Shown here piece after piece: positions 25,090 to 34,100 of a DNA stretch of 49,410 nucleotides; the stretch's first letter is position 1; each line of letters starts with the position of its first letter. Below the pieces are notes generated by a model, which saw only the letters and a program-made list of their open reading frames with translations, was not told where the DNA came from and did not search any database. Origin of the DNA: Candidatus Woesearchaeota archaeon. Lineage in GTDB: Archaea > Nanobdellota > Nanobdellia > Woesearchaeales > UBA525. The stretch covers positions 1 to 49,410 of the forward strand of contig JACWAN010000015.1 of NCBI GenBank assembly GCA_014874255.1. The letters are read 5' to 3'. A program made the translations under genes and the position numbers.

Positions 25090-25905
25090 TCAGAGCAGAG
25101 GGTTCTGGCCGCCGTACAATGCCTGGAACTGGCCGTTCCGGAATTCCAGGGAGAAGATGTCGTTGTTGCACGCGGTGGCGCGCATCTTGACCACGCTGAT
25201 CTCCCTGACGACCTGCCGCCTGAACGGAGTGAGCCGGATCATGATGATGCCGTCCGCCAAGAAATCCTCGATCTCGTACTCAGAGTACTTCGAGCCGTCC
25301 AACGGCATCTCGCTGATGAGGAAGCTCGTGATCTGCAGGTCCCGCAAGAACTCGAAGATGTAGAAGAGCTCGATGCGCGGGTTCTCGAACCGCGACAGGA
25401 CGTACAACGCCGAGAGGGAGTCGAGGACGAAGAGCGAGCAGCCCGCCTCCGCGTGGACCTTCCGGATCACGTTCTTGATGACGTTGAGCCAGCTCTTGTT
25501 GTTGTCCGTGTTGACGTCATGGATCTCCTTCCGGATCGTGCCGATATCGACCACGATGAGGCTGCCGAGGCTCTTGTCCTGGAGCTCCGCGACCCGCGTC
25601 TTCAGCTCGGAGAGGTCCTTGACCATGATGAGGTTGATCCGCCGCATGTCATAGTCCATGTTGATCATGTGGTTGACCAGCGACTCGGCGGACTGCTCGA
25701 GGGAGATGTAGACGCCGTTCTTGCCGGCGACCGCTTCATGGTAGAGCGCGTTGAAGCAGACGCTACTCTTCATCGTGCCCGCCGCTCCTGAGACGAGGGT
25801 GACATGGCCTTCCGGGATGCCGCCCTGGATGTTCTCGTCGAGCCCCTGGATGTGGAGCTTGATGCGGCGCATCGCGTGCTTGTCGGAGATGACCTTCTCT
25901 GCCAT
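25090..25905 (-). CDS. KaiC/RecA-like single-domain ATPase
   Basis: GLDENIQGGIPEGHVTLVSGAAGTMKSSV (Walker A with Met where Gly is expected), LFVLDSLSAL (Walker B). Confidence 0.75.
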   Translation of the reverse strand: MAEKVISDKHAMRRIKLHIQGLDENIQGGIPEGHVTLVSGAAGTMKSSVCFNALYHEAVAGKNGVYISLEQSAESLVNHMINMDYDMRRINLIMVKDLSELKTRVAELQDKSLGSLIVVDIGTIRKEIHDVNTDNNKSWLNVIKNVIRKVHAEAGCSLFVLDSLSALYVLSRFENPRIELFYIFEFLRDLQITSFLISEMPLDGSKYSEYEIEDFLADGIIMIRLTPFRRQVVREISVVKMRATACNNDIFSLEFRNGQFQALYGGQNPLL

Positions 25906-26040
25906 GCCTCAACCCTCTTTTTGCGTCCACCATAACCGCAGTGGTTTATAAATATTGCTTCGGGAGGACGTGACTCGTCGTCTTGCTTGCCGTCTTCACA
26001 TCGTCCGTAAGCTTCATCATGGTCATGGTTCACTACTGTT

Positions 26041-26152
26041 CGTCGCCACGGCCTAACTATCCTCCCATCCGGTCCGGGATTCTGTCGGGCGCTCAGGATT
26101 ATGCGGCCGCGGCCGCATCCTCGCACCCGTCAATCGTGCCAAGGTGGCGACG
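26041..26152 (-). repeat. Family-B repeat, L module only
   Basis: Closing helix CGTCGCCAC / GTGGCGACG. CCTCCCATCCGGTCCGGG..TCGGGCGCTCAGG..GTGCCAAGG. Confidence 0.8.
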
Positions 26153-26184
26153 TTTGTTCCTGTGCGTGAATGTCGGTCTTTCTT

Positions 26185-27426
26185 TCACTTCGTGTGGCCC
26201 AAATCCTCGACGAAGCCGCTCTTCACGTTGACGATGATGTTGTCGTTCTCCAATTCCTCGCAGCCGACGATCATGCCCTGCGTCTTGATCTGCCAGAGCC
26301 GCTTGCCGACGTGGTCGCCCGGCTCCTGGGTGAGGATATCCGTGTAATGGCCTGCCTGGTTCGCCACACCGGAAAGGCCGGGCATGTAGTCCAGGCTGTA
26401 CGCGCCCTCGCCGTCGAGGATGTAGAGGTTGTGGTCGAAGCTGCCGACGACGACCTCGAGCCGGCCATCCCCGTCGATGTCCGTGATGATCGGGCTGGAG
26501 ACGATCCAGAAGTCCGTCTCGTAGCTCCAGAGCTTCTCGCCGCGCGCGGAGAGGCAGTAGACCTTGTTGTCGCAGCTCCCCGCGACGACCTCGAGCTCGC
26601 GGTCGTCGTTCAGGTCCGCCAGGGTGGCGCGGCCGTAGATCGCGCCCTCGGTGACGAACCGCCACTCCTCGTTCCCCTCCAGGTCGAGGCAGTAGAGGAT
26701 GCCGGCGGTGTCGCCCACGACGAGGTTCTCCGCCGCCGTCAATTTGCCGAAGGCCGGCTTCGCTTTTATCGCGCCCTTCGCCTTGAAGACCCAGAGCCGC
26801 TTGCCGAGCGGGTCGTAGCTGTGCAACTCTCCGGCCTCGGTGCCGAAGATGACCTGCGTGATCCTGCCGTGATGGACCGCGGGCTCGCTCTCGATGCCGC
26901 CCTCGATCTCGAGGGAGGAACGTTCTTTCCCCTTGTGGTCGAGGATGACGAACCGGCCGGCGGTGGTGCCGAACAACACTTCCTTGCTGCCGTCGTTGTC
27001 CAGGTCGTCCACGATGATCCGTCCGCGGACCGCGCCCTTGGTCCGGTACTCCCAGAGGAGCTTCCCCCTGCCGTCGAGGCAGTAGACGATGCCGAGCTCG
27101 GTGCCGAAGACGATCTCCGGCTTCCCGTCGCCGTCCACATCCTGGATCGTGGGGGTGGCGTGCACGGACTCGATCCGGTCCGAGTCGTAGAAGTAGGACT
27201 CGACCTCGTCCACCTTCTCCTGGATGTCGTACTCCCACTTCTTCGCGGCGTGCTCGTCGATGCAGAAGACCCGTCCGTCTTTCGTGCCGAAGATGATCTC
27301 CTTCTTGCCGTCGCCGTCGATGTCCACCGCCGCGGCCGAGGAGAGGAGGGGGCTCCGCACGTCGAACGTCCACTTCTCGATGATGCGGCCGCCGTGGTTG
27401 TGCGTGGATTTGCTCAGCGAGAACAT
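26185..27426 (-). CDS. FG-GAP/PQQ-like beta-propeller repeat protein (no signal peptide seen)
   Basis: Repeated D[IVL]DGDGK.E[IV][IVL]FGT..G.[IV].C[IL]D units, at least 6 times. Confidence 0.75.
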   Translation of the reverse strand: MFSLSKSTHNHGGRIIEKWTFDVRSPLLSSAAAVDIDGDGKKEIIFGTKDGRVFCIDEHAAKKWEYDIQEKVDEVESYFYDSDRIESVHATPTIQDVDGDGKPEIVFGTELGIVYCLDGRGKLLWEYRTKGAVRGRIIVDDLDNDGSKEVLFGTTAGRFVILDHKGKERSSLEIEGGIESEPAVHHGRITQVIFGTEAGELHSYDPLGKRLWVFKAKGAIKAKPAFGKLTAAENLVVGDTAGILYCLDLEGNEEWRFVTEGAIYGRATLADLNDDRELEVVAGSCDNKVYCLSARGEKLWSYETDFWIVSSPIITDIDGDGRLEVVVGSFDHNLYILDGEGAYSLDYMPGLSGVANQAGHYTDILTQEPGDHVGKRLWQIKTQGMIVGCEELENDNIIVNVKSGFVEDLGHTK

Positions 27427-27486
27427 CAGCTTCCCTCTTCTTGCCCTGCCTTCGGCAACGCCCTATTTAAAGTTTATGACGGTTTG

Positions 27487-27653
27487 GGCTCTTAGGCAAA
27501 TGATGTGTTGCCGGCCAAAGGGCGACCCGTAGCAGAGAATGAAGCGAAGGAGGAGAGGGGGTTGCCCCCTACGGGGAGCTCCGCTGACGCGAAGAACGCA
27601 GCGACACGGGTCGCAGCCGGCAACACCGCCGAAGGCGAATTTGCCTAAGAGCC
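27487..27653 (+). mobile_element. Family-A MITE (167 bp), no TSD, abutting the AT-rich origin repeats
   Basis: TIRs are intact. The flanks GACGGTTTG and CTATAAATA do not match each other. Confidence 0.8.
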
Positions 27654-27722
27654 CTATAAATAATAAATAATATTACCTATAAATAATAAATAATATTACC
27701 TATATAGAAATATAATAATACA
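27654..27722. repeat. AT-rich 23-bp tandem repeat (CTATAAATAATAAATAATATTAC x2 plus a partial third); candidate DNA unwinding element
   Basis: Units at 27654-27676 and 27677-27699, then CTATATAGAAATATAATAATAC. This is the most AT-rich stretch of the window and lies about 185 nt upstream of the cdc6 start. Confidence 0.8.
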
Positions 27723-27798
27723 GAGTTTTTTCAAGCAGAGAAAAGAGCAGAAGACCGGACCAGACACCCGAAAACGAGCCGCCCAGGCCGTTAAACAA

Positions 27799-27820
27799 GG
27801 TTCCAAAGGAAATGAAGGGG
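27799..27820 (+). promoter_or_regulatory. ORB-like origin recognition box with G-string
   Basis: GGTTCCAAAGGAAATGAAGGGG resembles the archaeal ORB core (T)TCCAnnGGAAA followed by a G-run (recalled from Sulfolobus, Pyrococcus and haloarchaeal origins). Confidence 0.5.
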
Positions 27821-27861
27821 TGTCGCCCATTCTCCAAAAGAGAGGTTTCCTTCTCTATGTC

Positions 27862-27873
27862 TTTCCACAGGAA
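27862..27873 (-). promoter_or_regulatory. Mini-ORB-like box
   Basis: The minus strand reads TTCCTGTGGAAA. Abuts the cdc6 TATA-like box. Confidence 0.5.
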
Positions 27874-27874
27874 T

Positions 27875-27886
27875 CTTTAAATAACC
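27875..27886 (+). promoter_or_regulatory. TATA-like box of cdc6
   Basis: CTTTAAATAACC lies about 27 nt upstream of ATG 27907. Confidence 0.55.
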
Positions 27887-27890
27887 ACCA

Positions 27891-27902
27891 TTTCCACTGG
27901 AA
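27891..27902 (-). promoter_or_regulatory. Mini-ORB-like box
   Basis: The minus strand reads TTCCAGTGGAAA, matching the remembered mini-ORB core. Ends 5 nt before the cdc6 ATG. Confidence 0.55.
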
Positions 27903-27906
27903 TTCC

Positions 27907-29112
27907 ATGGTGGAAAAGATCACCACATTCTTCCAGAACTTCCTCGACAAGGGGAGCCTCTTCGCGAACAAGAAGGTGCTCCAGAGCACCTACATCCCCG
28001 ACGAGATCCAGCACCGCGACCAGCAGATCGAAGCGGTGGCGAACATCCTCGCCCCCGCCCTCAGGTCCGAGCGGCCGAGCAACCTCTTCCTCTACGGGAA
28101 GACCGGCACCGGGAAGACGCTCACGACGAAGTACACCGCGGAGAAGATGATGGAGGTCGCCCAGGAAAGGAACATCCCCCTCCACATCTATTACGTGAAC
28201 TGCAAGCTGAAACGGATCGCGGACACGGAATACCGTCTGATAGCCGAGCTGGCACGCTACCTCGGCAAGGCCATCCCGCCGACCGGCTTGCCGACGGACG
28301 AGGTCTACAACATCTTCTTCCAGGCGCTCGATGCGAAGAAGCAGGTCGTCATCTTCATCCTCGACGAGATAGACCAGCTTGTCAAGCGCACGGGCGACGA
28401 GATCATCTACAACCTCACCAGGGTCAACGCGGAGCTGAAGAACGCGCAGGTCTCCCTCATCGGGATCAGCAACGACCTGACGTTCAGCAACAACCTCGAC
28501 CCGCGGGTGAAGAGCAGCCTCTCCGAGGAGGAATTGGTCTTTCCCCCGTACAACGCGCTCCAGATCCAATCCATCCTCAAGCGGAGGTGCGGCCTCGCCT
28601 TCAACGAAGGCGTGCTGGACGAGGGCGTCATCGCGAAATGCGCGGCCTTCGCCGCGCGCGAGCACGGCGACGCGCGGCGCGCGCTCGAGCTCATCCGGGT
28701 GGCGGGCGAGCTCGCCGAGCGCGACGGCGAAGAAAGGGTGCTGATTAAGCATATCGACGTCGCCGAGGAGAAGATCGAGCGCGACCGGTTCCTCGACGTG
28801 GTGCAGCACCAGCCGAAGCAGTTCCAGGCCACCCTGTACTCGGTGATCGCGGTGGACGACGCCTCGAAGGGCGCGTTCTTCACCGGCGAGATCTATGATT
28901 ACTACAAGGACCTCTGCGTCAAGGTGGGGCTGCGTCCGCTGACGCAGCGGCGCGTGAGTGATATCATCGCCGAGCTGGACATGCTCGGCCTCATCAACGC
29001 GAAGGTGATCAGCAAGGGGCGTTTCGGCCGGACGCGCGAGATCACCATCGGCCTGCCGAAGGCGCTGCTGCCGAAGGTGACCAGCATCCTTAAGGAGGAG
29101 ATGAGCCTGTGA
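27907..29112 (+). CDS. cdc6: Orc1/Cdc6 replication initiator
   Basis: LFLYGKTGTGKTLT (Walker A), VIFILDEID (Walker B), C-terminal winged helix. ATG 27907 lies about 27 nt from the TATA-like CTTTAAATAACC. Adjacent to an AT-rich repeat region. Confidence 0.93.
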   Translation: MVEKITTFFQNFLDKGSLFANKKVLQSTYIPDEIQHRDQQIEAVANILAPALRSERPSNLFLYGKTGTGKTLTTKYTAEKMMEVAQERNIPLHIYYVNCKLKRIADTEYRLIAELARYLGKAIPPTGLPTDEVYNIFFQALDAKKQVVIFILDEIDQLVKRTGDEIIYNLTRVNAELKNAQVSLIGISNDLTFSNNLDPRVKSSLSEEELVFPPYNALQIQSILKRRCGLAFNEGVLDEGVIAKCAAFAAREHGDARRALELIRVAGELAERDGEERVLIKHIDVAEEKIERDRFLDVVQHQPKQFQATLYSVIAVDDASKGAFFTGEIYDYYKDLCVKVGLRPLTQRRVSDIIAELDMLGLINAKVISKGRFGRTREITIGLPKALLPKVTSILKEEMSL

Positions 29113-29230
29113 GCACAGGACGCGCGGCCGCAAGATATAACAATAAAGCACGAATGAAATAAAGCGCGAATGATGAACTAATCAAAAAATAAGAAAAAGA
29201 AAAAATATTCATGAAGAAAAATGTTTATCG

Positions 29231-29335
29231 GGTTGTGTCGCGGAGGTTTTGTCCTCCCTCCGGTCCGGGACGTTACGAAAAATGCCCTGCATGAATCGGG
29301 CATTTTTCTGGCATCGTTCCAAGGCGGCACAACCG
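29231..29335 (-). repeat. Family-B repeat, diverged L module
   Basis: CCTCCCTCCGGTCCGGGACG..hairpin ATGCCCTGCATGAATCGGGCAT..GTTCCAAGGCGGCACAACC. Imperfect closing helix. Confidence 0.65.
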
Positions 29336-29499
29336 CCGAACGGGGCGACGGTCACGAAATAACGAACGTAAGACGGAATTACGGACGAACGAAAAATCAT
29401 TAACGGACCGTAAATCACGGACGGAAGACCATACCTAAACCGTTTTCCGGCTCGACGGCCAACTGCGCTGCTTCAGCGACGGGCCGCGACGGGTGCACG

Positions 29500-31149
29500 A
29501 TGAAGTTTGACGAACGGGAGAAGAAGATACTCGAGTTCTTGGAGAGAGGCATCCTGCTCTCCCCCGACGTGGCGGACGAGCTCGACACCCTCGACGCCCC
29601 GGAGCAGAGCGACGCCCTCCTCATCGACCGCCAGAACAGGGGGTTCCTCGACGAGGCGGTGGACTGGGGTCGGCTCGACGACGCCAAGGTCAAGGCGGAG
29701 AAGCACAACGACCCGGGCCAGTATGACCGGTTCGTCGAACTCGCCAACGAGCACGAGCTCTCGCGGGAGAGGCGCGGCATCCGGATCCAGCGCAACTACA
29801 TGAAGAAGAGCAGGAAATACACGTACGACGACTTCGTCAGCCACTTCAACCAGCGCTTCAAGGCGCTCAGCGCGATTCTGCGGCAGCGGCAAGAGCTGCA
29901 AGGGGCGACGGCCATCACCCGCGCCAAGCGCGCAGCCCCGAAGGAACGGCTGGCCCTCATCGGCATGGTGAAGGAGAAGAACACCACGAAGAACGGCAAC
30001 ATCCTTCTCGTCATCGAGGACCAGACGGGCGAGATCAACGTCCTCGCCAGCGCGAAGCGGCCCGAGACTCTGGCGCTCGCCAAGGACGTCGTGCTGGACG
30101 AGGTGCTCGGCGTCACGGGGAGCGCGGGCGACGGCATCGTCTTCGCGGACGAGCTCTACTTCCCCGACATCCCCGTGTCGCACGAGCTGAAGAAAGGGCC
30201 TGAGGACGAGTACGTGGCGGTCATCGGCGATCCACAGGTGGGCGGCAAGGAATTCCTCGGGAAGGACTTTGCCAAGATGCTCGCGTGGCTCAACGGGAAG
30301 CTGGGCAGCGAAGAGCAACGGGCGATCGCGGCCAGAGTGAAGTATGTCATCGTCATCGGCGACCTCGTCGAGGGCGTGGGCGTCTACCCGGGCCAGGAGA
30401 AGGACCTCAGGATCAAGGACATCAAGGAGCAGTACGCGGAGTTCGCCCGCCTCATGCGTCAGGTCCCGTCGTGGATGGAGATCATCTGCATCCCGGGCAA
30501 CCACGACGCAGGCCGCATCTCCGAGCCGCAGCCGCCCATCTACCGGGACTTCGCCCCCGAGCTCTACGCGATGGAGAACGTGACGATGCTCAGCAGCCCC
30601 TCCCTCGTCACCCTCGGCGCGAGACCCGACTTCCCCGGCTTCGACGTGCTCCTCTACCACGGGTACAGCCTCATCTACTACAGCGACAACGTCCCCTCAA
30701 TCCGGGAGCGCGGCGGGCAGAAGCGCGCCGAGCTCATCATGAAGTTCCTCCTCCAGCGGCGGCACCTCGCGCCGACGCACGCCTCCAACCTCTACGTGCC
30801 GGACCCGGAGCAGGACCCGCTCGTCATCGACAAGATACCCGACCTCTTCATCACCGGGCACGTCCACCGGGTGGCGAGCGCCACCTACCGCGGCGTCACC
30901 ATCCTGAACGCGAGCGCGTGGTGCGACATCACCGACGACCAGGAGAAGCGCGGGCTGGAGCCGCAGCCCGGCCGCATGCCCGTCATCAGCCTCCTGACGC
31001 GCGACGTCAAGGTGATCAACTTCTACAGCGGCAAGGGCCTCGGCAAGGACGACCCTGCCGAGACGCCGCCCGGGAAGGCCGCGGCCAAGGACAGCGCGAA
31101 AGCGGCCGCGAACGACGGCCTGGAGGCTGCGGGGGGCGGGGCGGCATGA
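29500..31149 (+). CDS. DNA polymerase II (PolD) small subunit DP1
   Basis: OB-fold region, then calcineurin/Mre11-like motifs GDLVEG, GNHD, YHG, GHVH. Motif I reads GDPQVGG. Confidence 0.92.
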   Translation: MKFDEREKKILEFLERGILLSPDVADELDTLDAPEQSDALLIDRQNRGFLDEAVDWGRLDDAKVKAEKHNDPGQYDRFVELANEHELSRERRGIRIQRNYMKKSRKYTYDDFVSHFNQRFKALSAILRQRQELQGATAITRAKRAAPKERLALIGMVKEKNTTKNGNILLVIEDQTGEINVLASAKRPETLALAKDVVLDEVLGVTGSAGDGIVFADELYFPDIPVSHELKKGPEDEYVAVIGDPQVGGKEFLGKDFAKMLAWLNGKLGSEEQRAIAARVKYVIVIGDLVEGVGVYPGQEKDLRIKDIKEQYAEFARLMRQVPSWMEIICIPGNHDAGRISEPQPPIYRDFAPELYAMENVTMLSSPSLVTLGARPDFPGFDVLLYHGYSLIYYSDNVPSIRERGGQKRAELIMKFLLQRRHLAPTHASNLYVPDPEQDPLVIDKIPDLFITGHVHRVASATYRGVTILNASAWCDITDDQEKRGLEPQPGRMPVISLLTRDVKVINFYSGKGLGKDDPAETPPGKAAAKDSAKAAANDGLEAAGGGAA

Positions 31150-34100
31150 GCGACTTCGCCAGCGAGGGGATGGATGCGTACTTCGCCAGCCTCAAGAACG
31201 GCGTCGACGAAGCGTTCAGCATCGCCGCCGCCGCCCGAGCCCGGGGCTACGACCCGGACGGCCAGGTCGAAGTGGTGCTCGCCTCCAACCTCGCGGAGCG
31301 CGTCATCGGCCTCATCAGCGTCATCGCGCCGCAGGTCAGGGGGGTCGGCATCGAGAAGCGGATCATCGAGCTCGAGGAGCAGTACGGCAAGCTCGACTGG
31401 CGCGTCGCCCTGGTGATCGCGCTCGAGGTGGCGCAGCAGAAGTACTGCGCGTTCAAGGACCCGCTCGAGGCGATTGAGACCGGCATCAGGGTGGGGTTCG
31501 CGTACGTGACGGTGGGCGTCGTCAGCTCCCCTCTCGAGGGGTTCACGAAGCTCGAGCTCAAGAAGCGAAACGACGGCAAGGGCGAGTACTTCAGCCTCTT
31601 CTACAGCGGCCCAATCAGGAACGCGGGCGGCACCGCGGCCGCGGTGAGCGTCCTCATCGCCGATTACGTGCGGAAGCACCTGGGCTACGCCGAATACGAC
31701 CCGACCGAGAAGGAGGTCAAGCGCTGCCACGCCGAGATCGAGGACTACCACAACTTCATCACCAACCTCCAATACTTCCCTTCGGCCGAGGAGAGCGCCT
31801 TCCTCATGGAGCGGCTCCCCGTCGAGATCGACGGCGACGAGTCCGAGAAGTACGAGGTGAGCAATGTCAACCTCAAGGATCTTCCCAGGGTCAAGGCGAA
31901 CAAGCTCCGCAACGGGTACAGTCTCATCCATAGCAGCTGCATCCCCCTGAAGGCGCCGAAGCTCTGGGCGAAGCTTGAGAAATGGGGTGGCGACATGGGG
32001 CTGGAGCATTGGGGCTTCCTCAAGGAGTTCGTCGCCCTCCAGAAGAAGATGAAGGCGAAGGGCAAGGTGGAGGAGAGCGCGAGGATCAAGCCGGACTACA
32101 CGTACATCGCCGACCTCGTCGCGGGCAGGCCGGTCTTCAGCCATCCCCTGCGGCCGGGCGGCTGGCGCCTCCGCTACGGCCGGAGCCGCGCGTCCGGCTA
32201 CTCAGGCCAGGCAATCAACCCCGCATCCATGGCGGTGCTCCTCGATTTCCTCGCCACCGGGACGCAGCTCAAGGTCGAGCGTCCGGGGAAGGCGGCGGCG
32301 TTCACGCCGTGCGACACGGTCGACGGCCCCGTCGTCCTGCTCAAGGACGGCGCGGTGAAGCGGCTCCGCACCGAGGAGGAGGCGCGCAGGGTCAGGCAGG
32401 ACATCAAGGAGATCCTCTACCTGGGAGACGTCCTCGTCAATTATGGCGACTTCTTCGACCGCGCGCATCCCCTCGTGCCGGCCGGCTACTGCCAGGAGTG
32501 GTGGTTGGCCGAGCTGGAGAAGGCGGCGATGGCGCTCCACGCGATGCTCGACCTCGAGAAGCTGGAGGCGCTGACGGACGTGCCGAAGGAGCGGCTCGAT
32601 ATGCTCTTCAAGCAGCCGCTCGCCATGACGCCGACGTTCAGCGAGGCGCTCCGGATCGCGCGCGCGACGGGGACGCCACTGCATCCGTGGCACACACTCT
32701 TCTGGAAGCTCCCTCCGAAGGGGGAGTTCGACGCGCTCCTCGCCGCAATCGCCGCAGGCCGGAAGGAGGAGGGGAAGCTCGTCCTCCCCTACGAGGAGGC
32801 CGACGCGCGTTCGGCGCTCGCGAAGCGGTGCCTCGAGACGCTGGCCGTGGAGCACCTCCTCGTCGAGAACGAGTTCCTCGTCCTCGGCCGCGAGGAGGCG
32901 CAGCAGCTCCTCCTGCCGCTCGGCCTCGCCGAGCGCGACAGCGAGGAGAGCCTCGCCGACGCGGTCGCGCTGCTGCGCGAGAAACTCGGGGCGTTCGACG
33001 GCGACGTCCTCGCGTTCGTCAATACGCTCTCCCCCGTCGCGATACGCGACAAGGCGGGCACGTTCATCGGCTCGCGCATGGGCCGGCCGGAGAAGGCGAA
33101 GATGCGCAAGATGACGGGCAGCCCGCACTGCCTCTTCCCTGTCGGGGACGAGGGCGGCCGCCTCCGCAGCGTCCAGTCCGCGCTCGAGGCGGGCAGGGTG
33201 ACGGGCGCGTTCCCCGTCTGCTACTGCCCTGCGTGCAAGAAGCAGACGCCGTTCTTCCGATGCGAGACGTGCGACGCGAAGACGGTCAGGCTGAAGCACT
33301 GCCCGACGTGCGGCGACGTCGAGGACTGCCCGCACACGCCCGCGCCGAGCAGCGTCCGCGCCATCGACATCCGGCGGATCTTCGACGACCTGCTCAAGCG
33401 CCTCGGCACGAGCATCTACCCCGACCTGATCAAGGGCGTCCGCGGGACGAGCAACGACGAGCACATCCCCGAGCACCTGCTCAAGGGCATCCTGCGCGCG
33501 AAGCATGACATCTACGTCAACAAGGACGGCACGCTCCGGTACGACGCGAGCGAGGTCACCCTGACGCACTTCAAGCCGCGCGAGATCGGCGTCCCGGCCG
33601 CGCGGCTCCGTGAGCTCGGCTACACGCGCGACATCCACGGCGAGGAGCTCTCGAACGAGGAGCAGGTCCTCGAGCTCAAGCCCCAGGACGTCGTGCTTCC
33701 GTGCTCGCCCGAGAACCCGGAGGAGCCGGCGGACGAGGTCTTCTTCCGCACGGCCGCGTTCGTGGACGAGCTCCTCGTGAAGCTCTACGGGGGGCGGCCG
33801 TTCTTCAACCTCGCCGCGAAGGAGGATCTGGTGGGGCATCTCATCATCGGCCTCGCGCCGCACACGAGCGCGGGCATCCTCGGCCGCATCATCGGGTTCT
33901 CGCAGACGCAGGGCTTCCTCGCGCACCCGTACTTCCACGCCGCGATGCGTCGCGACTGCGACGGCGACGAAGGATGTTTCCTCCTGCTCATGGACGCGTT
34001 CCTCAATTTCTCGCGGAAGTACCTGCCGGAGAGCCGGGGGAGCACGATGGACGCTCCCCTCGTGCTGACGTCGCTGCTCAACCCGGCCGAGGTGGACGAC

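Noticed and set aside
30285-31145. N-terminal 287-aa extension of the DP2 ORF (ORF-track 30285..34706).
   Set aside because: It overlaps DP1 in another frame and has an Arg/Pro-rich nonsense-like sequence. The canonical DP2 N-terminus MSDFASEG starts at the ATGA overlap at 31146.
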